This document shows, one piece after another, positions 27,531-35,712 of a DNA stretch of 64,000 bases; position 1 is the stretch's first letter; each line of letters starts with the position of its first letter. Source of the stretch: Methyloceanibacter sp. (lineage in GTDB: Bacteria > Pseudomonadota > Alphaproteobacteria > Rhizobiales > Methyloligellaceae); contig NZ_JBPPND010000071.1 in assembly GCF_051306395.1 (NCBI RefSeq), positions 1,437 to 65,436 of the forward strand. The letters run 5' to 3'. Both the position numbers and the translations under genes were made by a program. The notes beneath the pieces were generated by a model. That model was not told the DNA's origin and did not search any database. It saw only the letters and a list, made by a program, of their open reading frames with translations.

Positions 27531-28508
27531 TTATGCCGAGCAGGCGCCGCCGCCAAGAACGCAGAATTTTGCGCAATGGGGATGGCAGAGTTTGACGGCC
27601 CCATGGTCGAACATGCCGCCGTTCGCGCGCCCTGCCTCGGCCAGCGTGCTGCCCATCTCGAAAGCGGGATCGTAGGCAAGCAGCGTACACGGCAGCACCA
27701 CGGGCGCGTCCGCCCCTTGACGCTTCACCACCATGCGGCTCGACGCGCACATCACCTCGGAAGGGGATTTGCCGAGAATGCCCCAGCAGCTCTCGGTGAT
27801 CTCGGGAACCTCCGCGCGCTCGTCCATCTCGGGGAACAATACGAGAGAGGCTGGGTCGCGCGCGTCCACCGGCCAGCCGCGCCACTTGATAAGCACGGCG
27901 TAGCCGGTCCGCGTATCCGCCTCGCTTTCGCCCCAGCAGGTGCGTCCCGCGAGCGCCAGCGAAAAGCCGTTGGCCGCGAGCCAGTCGAGGCCCTCGAGGG
28001 TCTTGTCGAAGGAGCCCGGGCCGCGCTCCTCGTCGTGAAAGGCCTTAGTGTAGTGGTCGAGGCTGACCCTTAAGGTGAGACGATCGCCATAGGCTTCGCG
28101 CAGCGCCAGCAGACCTTCGCGGAGGTTCAGGCGCAGCATCGGCTGCATGGCGTTGGTCAGCACCAGCGCCGAGAAGCCCCGCTCCAGCGCGTCATCGAGC
28201 AAGCCGAGAATTTCCGGGTTCATGAACGGCTCGCCGCCCGTGAAGCCGATCTCGGTCACGGGCCAGCCGTCGAGGGCGATCTCGTCGAGATAGGCGGCGG
28301 CTTCCGCGCGCGTGATGTAGATGAGCCGGTCGTTGCTGGGGCTCGATTCGATATAGCAATTGCGGCAGGCGATGTTGCAGAGGCTGCCTGTGTTGATCCA
28401 CAGGGTCCGAAGACTATCGAGGCTGACGCGCGCGCGCCGCTCCCCGGCCGCGGTCCGGTCCGGGTCGGCAAACTTCGCATGGGCCATGGCGAACGCGGCG
28501 TCGGTCAT
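27531..28508 (-). CDS. Radical SAM protein of unknown function
   Basis: CNIACRNC (CxxxCxxC) and FTGGEPF motifs; Cys-rich C-terminus CHPHCAKFCVLGGGAC. Confidence 0.9.
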   Translation of the reverse strand: MTDAAFAMAHAKFADPDRTAAGERRARVSLDSLRTLWINTGSLCNIACRNCYIESSPSNDRLIYITRAEAAAYLDEIALDGWPVTEIGFTGGEPFMNPEILGLLDDALERGFSALVLTNAMQPMLRLNLREGLLALREAYGDRLTLRVSLDHYTKAFHDEERGPGSFDKTLEGLDWLAANGFSLALAGRTCWGESEADTRTGYAVLIKWRGWPVDARDPASLVLFPEMDERAEVPEITESCWGILGKSPSEVMCASSRMVVKRQGADAPVVLPCTLLAYDPAFEMGSTLAEAGRANGGMFDHGAVKLCHPHCAKFCVLGGGACSA

Positions 28509-28631
28509 GAAAGCCCTCCAGCAAGGGCATTAACAAGCGCTCGCGCCCTAACCGCAAGACCGGCCGCCTTCACCTGTGCGTGAAGGCAAGTTGCTTTTCT
28601 TAAGTTCCGTGTCGTTGTATTGAGGCTGAAG

Positions 28632-28706
28632 GCGGGTGTAGCTCAGTGGTAGAGCAGTAGCTTCCCAAGCTACGTGTCGGGCGTTCGATTCGCCTCACCC
28701 GCTCCA
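28632..28706 (+). tRNA. tRNA-Gly(CCC)
   Basis: Complete cloverleaf: GCGGGTG/CACCCGC acceptor stem, GTAGC-TTCCCAA-GCTAC anticodon arm, TTCGATT T-loop, encoded CCA. Confidence 0.97.
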
Positions 28707-28717
28707 TAATTCTTGAG

Positions 28718-28741
28718 CCGGTGGTGACACCGGTGGTGACA
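28718..28741 (+). repeat. Perfect 12-bp tandem direct repeat immediately 3' of tRNA-Gly
   Basis: CCGGTGGTGACA x2. Confidence 0.9.
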
Positions 28742-28912
28742 GAACGTTAGGAGGCGCTTAGGAGCGCCGTATTCTTCGTCGGTACAAGAGGCAGACCAAC
28801 GTCCAAAGGCCGGGCCTCGCCTGACTTGGTGCGTTGCTGAGTAAGCCGGATATGTCCGAGTGGAAATGATCGGTGTCGCTCGCGCACGGGGAAGAGCACC
28901 GCGCGGAGACAG

Positions 28913-28994
28913 GGCGCTGTAGCTGCCCGGATTGCCCCAGAGCGCGTCATTGGTAATGACGAGGTCCTCAGTTCAATCCTGAGCGGCGGCACCA
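28913..28994 (+). pseudogene. tRNA-Thr(GGT)-like sequence: intact 3' part, aberrant D-arm
   Basis: CGTCA-TTGGTAA-TGACG anticodon arm, CTCAG-TTCAATC-CTGAG T-arm, CGGCGGC-A-CCA end; 5' GGCGCTG has one acceptor mismatch; D-loop replaced by GCCCGGATTGCCCCAG. Confidence 0.75.
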
Positions 28995-29037
28995 TTAAAA
29001 CAGAGACTTAGCTGGCAGCTGCAAAGCCACCACCAGC

Positions 29038-29080
29038 AGCGAAGTGCGAGCGAAGTGCTTCTCATCAGATCGAGAAGTGC
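29038..29080 (+). repeat. 11-bp-periodic direct repeats 3' of the tRNA-Thr-like sequence
   Basis: AGCGAAGTGC at 29038 and 29049; GAAGTGC again at 29074. Confidence 0.7.
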
Positions 29081-29127
29081 GGGGGGCGTAGTTTCCTCTT
29101 TTGACCTTTGCGCATTACCCCAGGCTG

Positions 29128-29433
29128 CTATGCGTGCGGGGCGACTATTGGCAGTACGGAGAAGGTCGGTTCCATTTGTCGTAGCTGGCCACCACCGGGA
29201 CCGGAATAACAAGCTCCGCCAGGGCCAGCGTAGGCACCACCGCCAGGGCCAGTGTACGCACCACCGCCAGGCCCGGTGTACGCACCACCGCCAGGCCCGG
29301 TGTAAAGCCCACCACCCGGCCCGGTGTAGCAAGGCCCTCCAGGACCGGCGTAACCTATGCAATTAGCGAAAGCAGGCGTCGAGAATGAAAGCGCGGCAGC
29401 GATGGCTGCGGCTACAACAATCGATCTGGTCAT
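29128..29433 (-). CDS. Small secreted Gly/Pro/Tyr octapeptide-repeat protein, probably frameshifted near 29190
   Basis: Signal peptide MTRSIVVAAAIAAALSFSTPAFA, then NCIGYAGPGGPC(YxGPGGGx)n; about seven YxGPGG units from 24-bp DNA repeats. Confidence 0.8.
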   Translation of the reverse strand: MTRSIVVAAAIAAALSFSTPAFANCIGYAGPGGPCYTGPGGGLYTGPGGGAYTGPGGGAYTGPGGGAYAGPGGACYSGPGGGQLRQMEPTFSVLPIVAPHA

Positions 29434-29658
29434 GGCTACCCCCTTACGGGAATCCCCCCAAGAACGCACCCAGAGGTATTCTTGCTCTTTTTGAGCGAGA
29501 CGCAATATTCCGTCGGAATCGGAAGTTGCAATGCGGCGCATACAAGTAAATAGCGCTGAATGAATAACTACAACTATAACGAGCATCTTCGCGCTGGCAG
29601 TGCCCGCAAAGCCGCGCTAAGAGGAAACAGTGACACGACGCGGCCTGGTGATTTCTCG

Positions 29659-30522
29659 ATGACAAGACGTTTGCCTGTTTGGCTTGCCGTGCTGGCGCTT
29701 GCAGGCGCCTGCCTGGCGCCGTTCACCGTCCACGCCCAAGAGGCCAAGCCCGGGCCCAAGCCCATCGTACCTGACAATTGGCAGGGCGACGCGCTGCGGC
29801 CTAAGCCAGACATGAAGGGAATCGAGAGGATCCGCTTCATCACCGACTCCGACTATCCGCCGTTCCATTATTACGACGAGGTGGGCGCGCTGACCGGCTT
29901 CAACGTCGATCTAGCGCAAGCCATTTGTGAGGTCCTCGAGGTCGAGTGCCAGATCAACGCCACCAACTGGAGCGATCTGATTCCGACCCTGGATCGTGGC
30001 GAGGCGGATGCGGCCATCGCTTCCATCCGCATCACGGCCGAAGCCCTGAAGGCCGCCGACTTCACCTCGCGCTATTATGCGACGCCCGCGCGCTTTGCGG
30101 CGCACAAGGAGAGCGAGCTCGACGACATCCGCCCCGAGACGGTTGAGGGTCTCAAGGTCGGCGTGGCCAAGGACACCGGCCACGAGGCTTATCTCAAGAA
30201 GTTTTTTCCTGCTGCGGCCGTCGCCACCTTCGACACGAGCGAGGACGCGCAGAAGGCGCTGAAGGACGGGGCTATCGATCTCGTCTTCGGCGACGGCATC
30301 ACGCTCACTTTTTGGCTCAACGGCGTGACCAGCGAGTCGTGCTGCGAGTTTCGCGGCGGGCCTTATCTCGATTCAAGCTTCTTCGGAGAGGGCGTCGGCA
30401 TCGCGGTGAAGAAGGGCAACCGCAAGCTCGTCGAGGTCCTCACCTATGGGCTCGAGCAGGTCCATGCCAGCGGCCGCTACGAAGAGCTGTTCCTGCGCTA
30501 CTTCCCCATGAATTTCTTCTAG
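29659..30522 (+). CDS. Polar amino-acid ABC transporter substrate-binding protein (family 3)
   Basis: Signal peptide; DYPPFHY...GFNVDLA, DAAIASIRIT and DFTSRYY motifs. Confidence 0.88.
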   Translation: MTRRLPVWLAVLALAGACLAPFTVHAQEAKPGPKPIVPDNWQGDALRPKPDMKGIERIRFITDSDYPPFHYYDEVGALTGFNVDLAQAICEVLEVECQINATNWSDLIPTLDRGEADAAIASIRITAEALKAADFTSRYYATPARFAAHKESELDDIRPETVEGLKVGVAKDTGHEAYLKKFFPAAAVATFDTSEDAQKALKDGAIDLVFGDGITLTFWLNGVTSESCCEFRGGPYLDSSFFGEGVGIAVKKGNRKLVEVLTYGLEQVHASGRYEELFLRYFPMNFF

Positions 30523-31385
30523 TCCCGCTTGCTTGGCGTGCCCTTCGGCGGCCGGGGCCCGGGCGGCGGAGCCTCGTTTCGAAACGGTAGCCACAAGCTC
30601 CAGCCGAAGCGGGTAGGCTCCTCGCTCTGATAGGGGGTGAGCCCGATCGTCATGCCTTGATGGCCGCCTTCTGGCTGCGCCGTGTAGGTCCGAAACAGCC
30701 GGTCCCACACGGAGAGATTGAAGCCGTAATTGGAGTTGTGCTCGCGCCGCTGCACCGAGTGATGCACCCGGTGCATGTCCGGCGTCACCACGAAGATGCG
30801 GATCACGCGGTCGAGCCAGCGCGGCAGGTCAATATTGGCGTGATTGAACATCGCGCAACCATTGAGAATCACCTCGAACAGGAACACCGCCAGCGGCGAT
30901 GCGCCGAGCGGCACCACCACAACGATCTTCCACAGCATGGAAAGCGCGATCTCGACTGGGTGAAAGCGCACCGCCGTGGTTACGTCGATGTCGCGATCGG
31001 CGTGATGTACTTTATGCAGGCGCCACAGGATCGGGATCTTGTGGGAGGCGAGGTGCTGCGCCCAGATGGCGAGATCGAGCACGACCAGTGCGACGACGAT
31101 TTTCACCCATTCCGGCCAGGCCACGTTGTTCAGGAGACCGACATTGTTTTCTTGCGCGTAGAATGCTGCGGCTACGGCAGTGACGGGCACGGCGAGCGCC
31201 GCCATGAGGCGCAACAGTAGGCTGGCGACGACGCTGATCCCCACATTGGTCAGCCAGCGCCGCCCCTTCGAGACCATTAGCGTGCGCTTGGGCAGGGCGA
31301 ACTCGATCAGCGCCATCAGCAGAAAGATGCCCGCGAAGACGCCGAGCCGGATCGCCGTGTCGTTGGGGCCTAAGATATTGTCCAT
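30519..31385 (-). CDS. Sterol desaturase / fatty acid hydroxylase family protein
   Basis: His boxes HLASH, HKVHH, FNHAN and HRVHHS. Confidence 0.9.
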   Translation of the reverse strand: MDNILGPNDTAIRLGVFAGIFLLMALIEFALPKRTLMVSKGRRWLTNVGISVVASLLLRLMAALAVPVTAVAAAFYAQENNVGLLNNVAWPEWVKIVVALVVLDLAIWAQHLASHKIPILWRLHKVHHADRDIDVTTAVRFHPVEIALSMLWKIVVVVPLGASPLAVFLFEVILNGCAMFNHANIDLPRWLDRVIRIFVVTPDMHRVHHSVQRREHNSNYGFNLSVWDRLFRTYTAQPEGGHQGMTIGLTPYQSEEPTRFGWSLWLPFRNEAPPPGPRPPKGTPSKRD

Positions 31386-31558
31386 GGCACAGATATAGGC
31401 GCTGCTTTGGGGTCCGTCAGTGTGGCGCGCCCCCGGCGTCAAGCCAACCACCACCGGATCACAACAGCGAGACCGCGCTTGATCGCGATCAGTGGACCAA
31501 AAAAGGCGGTGCCGCGAAGCACCGCCCCTCAGGAACGCAAGAGATCACGCTTTGCGCC

Positions 31559-32212
31559 TCAGGCTTTTTTCGCCACGGGCCGGGTAGTCTTCTTTGCCGG
31601 CGTCCGGGTGGTGGAGCGCGCGGCGGGCTTCTTCATCTCCCGTTCCTCCTTCTTGCCGTGAAGCTGGAAGGCGAGGACGAGCAGCATGACGCCGAACACG
31701 ATGGCATAAGCGCCGAGCCACCAAGTGAGCACGACTGCGCCCACGACCGGCGCGATCAGCAACACGACGCCGAAGATCACAGAGGCGATGCCGCCAAGCG
31801 CCAGCCACCAGCGCCCGTGGTCGATCTTCAAGGTGAGGGCCGCGGTCAGCATCAATGCGCCGGAGATGACGGCCCACACGGCGATGAGGATGACGAAGGC
31901 TACGGTGGTGATCGCGGGCCACAGGAACGCGATGACGCCGGCGGCGAGATCGACGACGCCTTCGAGGATCAGCAGACCCCAGCGTTCCCCGTTCCGCGCG
32001 GCCTTGATGCCCGAGGCGATGGCGAGCACGCCGTCCACCAGCATGTAAGCCGAGAATAGGAGAATGAGCGCCAAAATCGCGGCGGCGGGAACCACAAGAC
32101 AGATCAGGCCGAAGGCGACGCCAAGCAGGCCACGGAGGCCTACCGCCCACCAGCTATCGGCCAAGACCTCGCTCAGCGCGTCGTGCCGCTCCGTTGATAT
32201 GGTTACAACCAT
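31559..32212 (-). CDS. HdeD family membrane protein with a basic C-terminal tail
   Basis: GGAGG RBS; WWAVGLRGLLGVAFG...LVDGVLAI; six hydrophobic segments. Confidence 0.85.
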   Translation of the reverse strand: MVVTISTERHDALSEVLADSWWAVGLRGLLGVAFGLICLVVPAAAILALILLFSAYMLVDGVLAIASGIKAARNGERWGLLILEGVVDLAAGVIAFLWPAITTVAFVILIAVWAVISGALMLTAALTLKIDHGRWWLALGGIASVIFGVVLLIAPVVGAVVLTWWLGAYAIVFGVMLLVLAFQLHGKKEEREMKKPAARSTTRTPAKKTTRPVAKKA

Positions 32213-32349
32213 GACGGCCTCCTTCGGGGTTATGGGAAAGTCTCGGCGCGTCGACCGAACGCGCAAAGCCAATCCGCGCAGATGTTGAAACCAAAATAAA
32301 GCGGCCGCGCCGTGAAATCGGGAGTTGTCCACACCCCCAGTCTCGCGCG

Positions 32350-33285
32350 TCACAGTTCCAGGCTATCCTCGGATACGAGGGCCGAGAGCGTCTGTCGCAG
32401 CCAGTAGTGGCCGGGGTCTTGGTCGAAGCTCGCATGCCATAGAAGCGAGATGGTGAAGCTCGGCAGATCGATCGGCACGGGGCTCGTGGCCAGCCCGAAC
32501 GCGTCTGAGAAGTAGCGCGCGAGCCGCGACGGCATAGTGGTGATGACGCGCGCGCGGCGCACCACGAAGGGCACGGCGAGAAATCCCGGCGTGGTCATGA
32601 CGATGCTGCGGCGAAGCTTGTGCTTGGCGAGCGCCTCGTCGACGGCGCCGCGGGCATCGTCGGCGAGACTCGTCAGGAGATGCGGCCATCGCAAATAGTC
32701 TTGCAGCGAAAGCGGCGGCGCGAGACCGAGTTGCTCGCTGCTGAACAGGCAGAGGAAGCTGTCGGTGTAGAGCTGCCGGCGCTTGTGATGGTTCTGGCCC
32801 TGATCGAACACGCCGATGCCGAGATCGAGATTGCCGGTGTCGAGCTCCTCCAGGATGCTCATTCGGTTTGTGGAGCGCAGTCTCAGCGAGACGCCCGGCG
32901 CCTCGTCTTGCAGGCGATCGATGAGAGCGGGAATGACGGCGACCTCGATGGAGTCGGCGAGCCCTATCCGGAACACCCTGTCCGCGGTCGCCGGATCGAA
33001 CGCCTCGCGCTGAAGCACGGCCGCTTGGATTTGCGCCAGCGTCATCCGCACCGGGTCGACGAGCGCCATCGCCCGGGGCGTGGGACGCATGCCGTCGGCG
33101 CCGCGGGTCAGAAGCTCGTCGCCGAACAGACTGCGAAGTCGCGCCAGATTGTGGCTCATGGCCGATTGGCCGAGGCCCACGCGGGCCGCGGCGCGCGTCA
33201 CGCTCCGTTCGGTCAAGAGTGCGTCGAACGCGACAAGCAGGTTGAGGTCCAACCTGCTTAAATTGGCATGATCGATACTCATCAT
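32350..33285 (-). CDS. LysR family transcriptional regulator
   Basis: LDLNLLVAFDALLTERSVTRAAARVGLGQSAMSHNLARLR. Confidence 0.95.
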   Translation of the reverse strand: MMSIDHANLSRLDLNLLVAFDALLTERSVTRAAARVGLGQSAMSHNLARLRSLFGDELLTRGADGMRPTPRAMALVDPVRMTLAQIQAAVLQREAFDPATADRVFRIGLADSIEVAVIPALIDRLQDEAPGVSLRLRSTNRMSILEELDTGNLDLGIGVFDQGQNHHKRRQLYTDSFLCLFSSEQLGLAPPLSLQDYLRWPHLLTSLADDARGAVDEALAKHKLRRSIVMTTPGFLAVPFVVRRARVITTMPSRLARYFSDAFGLATSPVPIDLPSFTISLLWHASFDQDPGHYWLRQTLSALVSEDSLEL

Positions 33286-33388
33286 CGATCCTATCGATTG
33301 GATTAATGCTAGTGGAGCCCCCATGTTGATTGCAAGAGCAAACCGGACCTGTTTCCCGGAGCTAAAAGAAAGAAGAGCGGGCGAGGAA

Positions 33389-34051
33389 ATGAGGATCGCC
33401 ATCCTTGGCGCGGGACGCGTCGGCGCGTCTCTAGGCGCGGCCCTCAAGGCCAAAGGCCACGTCGTTGTTTTCGCTGTGCGCGAGCCGAACGTCTCGGCGG
33501 GCTTCGTTACCAAGACCATTGACCGGGCCATCTCGAGCGCAGATGCGGTAATCCTCACGACGCCTTGGACGGCGGCCGAGGCGCTAATCTGCGAGCACGC
33601 ACCGGCGCTCGCCGGAAAGATCGTCATCGACGCCACCAATCCGCTCAACACCAACGCGACGCGCCTGGCGTTCGGCTTCGACACGTCGGGCGCCGAGTTG
33701 CTGCAAAGCCATGCGCGGCACGCGACCTTCTTCAAGGCGTTCAACGTCACGGGTCCGGGGGCCGTGGCGAGCCCCCGCTATCCGCAAGGACTTGCCGCCG
33801 CGTTCGTGGCGGGCCCGAGCGGCGCGCAGAAGGACGTCGTCATGGGGCTGGTGAGAGATGTCGGCTTCGAGGCGGTGGACGTGGGCGAGCTTCGGGCCGC
33901 GCGCCTGCTCGAGCCCTTGAGCATGCTGCTGATGCACCTTGAGGAAACCGGGGAGAAGGGCCGCGATCTGGCCTTGGTCCTCGGCTCCCGGACGAACAGA
34001 CAGGCCGAGCCTTGCCCCGTGGTGAACATGGAGGCGCGCGAGGCCGGATGA
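33389..34051 (+). CDS. NADPH-dependent F420 reductase-like NAD(P)-binding oxidoreductase
   Basis: MRIAILGAGRVG, GKIVIDATNPL, KAFN and ARLLEP motifs; divergent from the LysR gene. Confidence 0.85.
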   Translation: MRIAILGAGRVGASLGAALKAKGHVVVFAVREPNVSAGFVTKTIDRAISSADAVILTTPWTAAEALICEHAPALAGKIVIDATNPLNTNATRLAFGFDTSGAELLQSHARHATFFKAFNVTGPGAVASPRYPQGLAAAFVAGPSGAQKDVVMGLVRDVGFEAVDVGELRAARLLEPLSMLLMHLEETGEKGRDLALVLGSRTNRQAEPCPVVNMEAREAG

Positions 34052-34415
34052 GGATTTCCCCGCGGGCTGACCTGTCGGCCACTCCAGAACCCGCGGGCGA
34101 ACGAGTGGAGGACGAGACCCAGGAGATGCGCCGGATGAACTCCCTCGCGCGGTGAAAATCGCTCCCTAGCGGCGTGAGTGCGAGGCCCCGGCCGCCCTCC
34201 TGCTCCGCGAGTCGGAAGGGCGGCCGGACATTCAGCACGGGCTTGAGAGCGCGCAAGGCGCGGTAACCTTTTGTTATGGTTAACGCTCCGGCCATTAAAT
34301 CGCCACGAAACGCTTGAAAATCATGATGTTTCCCGTAAGGCGCGAGCCTCGCGGGCGTTAACCATATGTGTCTGTTTCGTCAGCACTCAGGGGCCTGGGG
34401 GAGGAAGCTGATGAC

Positions 34416-35708
34416 ATGCGAACCGTCGCGACATTAGCGCTCGCCGCTATTGGCGTTCTCGGCTTTGTGCTGCCTTGCGCCGCTCAATCCGGTGCGGTTT
34501 CCGTTGCGCCGAAGAGCAGCTCCGTTTCCAAGACCGCGGTCTCCCCACAACGGCTTAGTCCGCCGGAAGTGCCCGTGGTGCAGGCGACCACCGAGGATAA
34601 GGCCGCGCGCGAGGATACTACGCCTGCCGCGCCGCAACCGGTCGCAGCCCCCCAGTCGGTCACGACGCAGCGGATCACCCCGGACGCGATCGCGCCGCGC
34701 GAGACCGCGCCGCAGCCGGTCTACGCCCGCCCGACCCTGAGCACGCCTGCCTATGCGCCCGCGGCGCAAGCCGCCGCCCCGCAATCGGATTTCAGTTCCG
34801 CCGAGCGGCTGCTCGATTGGATCTCCAACTACCGCGACCGTCCCCAGCTTTGGAAAGTGCCCGCATCGGTGCACGCCATGCTCGATTACGGCCTGTTCAA
34901 GGACGAAGAGCAGCGTTGGTTCTGCATCGGCTTCATTGCCGGCGTGCTGGGCACCAATCCGAACGACGGCCCGAAGCTCGTCACCCAGATGTTCCCGATG
35001 CCCGACAAGGAGCAGGAGGTCATCATCCGGGCGATCGCCTATTCGGGCCGCCCCGACTGGCGGACGCTTCTTGAGAAGAACGCGGCGAAGATGCCGCTTC
35101 GAAAGCCGCTGATCGACGACTTCCTCGAGGAGCGGCGTCCGAGACTGCAAGACCTGGCGTTGGATGTCGGCGGCGCGCCGGGCATCTACGCCCATTGGGG
35201 CTACTACGTCGCCACGGGCCAGCACGAGCCGGTCATGCGCATCATGGAAGCTCTGAAATGGTCCAAGGATAAGGAGGAGAGCGGCTTCGCCTTCGGCAAG
35301 ATCTTCTCAGGCTGGGGATCCGACGGCGGAATCGAGAAGGTCACCACCGGCGGCACGGCGAAATGGACGCTTGCATCCTATGCCGAACGCGACCGCGAGC
35401 TGATCAGCCTCTATCGCGCCGAGTATCCGAACCAGCCGCCCGAGGTGGCCAAGCCGCTGAAGGATGTCATCGAGGCGGCGGAGCTATTCGAGGCCGAGAG
35501 CATCCGGAAGGACCAGTTCGGTGCCATCGAGGATGCGCAGAAGAGGCAGATGACGGCGGACGCCGGAATGTCGAAAGGCATGACCGCAGGCTCGATCGCG
35601 ATCGCCACGGGCTGCGTTGCGGCAACCGCCTTCGGTCAGGCGCAGATCGCCATACCTTGCGTGATCGGTGGCGCGCTATATTCCGGCGCTGCCAAGCTCG
35701 CCCACTAA
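34416..35708 (+). CDS. Exported hypothetical protein with a Pro/Ala-rich N-terminal linker
   Basis: Signal peptide, long ORF with host-like codon use. Confidence 0.8.
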   Translation: MRTVATLALAAIGVLGFVLPCAAQSGAVSVAPKSSSVSKTAVSPQRLSPPEVPVVQATTEDKAAREDTTPAAPQPVAAPQSVTTQRITPDAIAPRETAPQPVYARPTLSTPAYAPAAQAAAPQSDFSSAERLLDWISNYRDRPQLWKVPASVHAMLDYGLFKDEEQRWFCIGFIAGVLGTNPNDGPKLVTQMFPMPDKEQEVIIRAIAYSGRPDWRTLLEKNAAKMPLRKPLIDDFLEERRPRLQDLALDVGGAPGIYAHWGYYVATGQHEPVMRIMEALKWSKDKEESGFAFGKIFSGWGSDGGIEKVTTGGTAKWTLASYAERDRELISLYRAEYPNQPPEVAKPLKDVIEAAELFEAESIRKDQFGAIEDAQKRQMTADAGMSKGMTAGSIAIATGCVAATAFGQAQIAIPCVIGGALYSGAAKLAH

Positions 35709-35712
35709 GCGA

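Noticed and set aside
28747-28995. 82-aa minus-strand ORF MVPPLRIELRTSSLPMTRS...
   Set aside because: Its N-terminus is the antisense translation of the tRNA-Thr-like sequence, a typical shadow ORF
29200-29350. 24-bp tandem repeats as a possible CRISPR array
   Set aside because: Repeats are contiguous with no unique spacers, vary at third codon positions, encode an octapeptide, and no cas genes are present
32350-33750. 466-aa LysR, 635-aa LysS, 906-aa helicase and 1094-aa PodJ as fusion proteins
   Set aside because: The extra N-termini come from upstream in-frame starts overlapping other genes or promoters; family homology begins at downstream starts
34280-34298. TTAA...TTAA as a CtrA box
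   Set aside because: Spacing is 11 bp, not the 7 bp of the consensus
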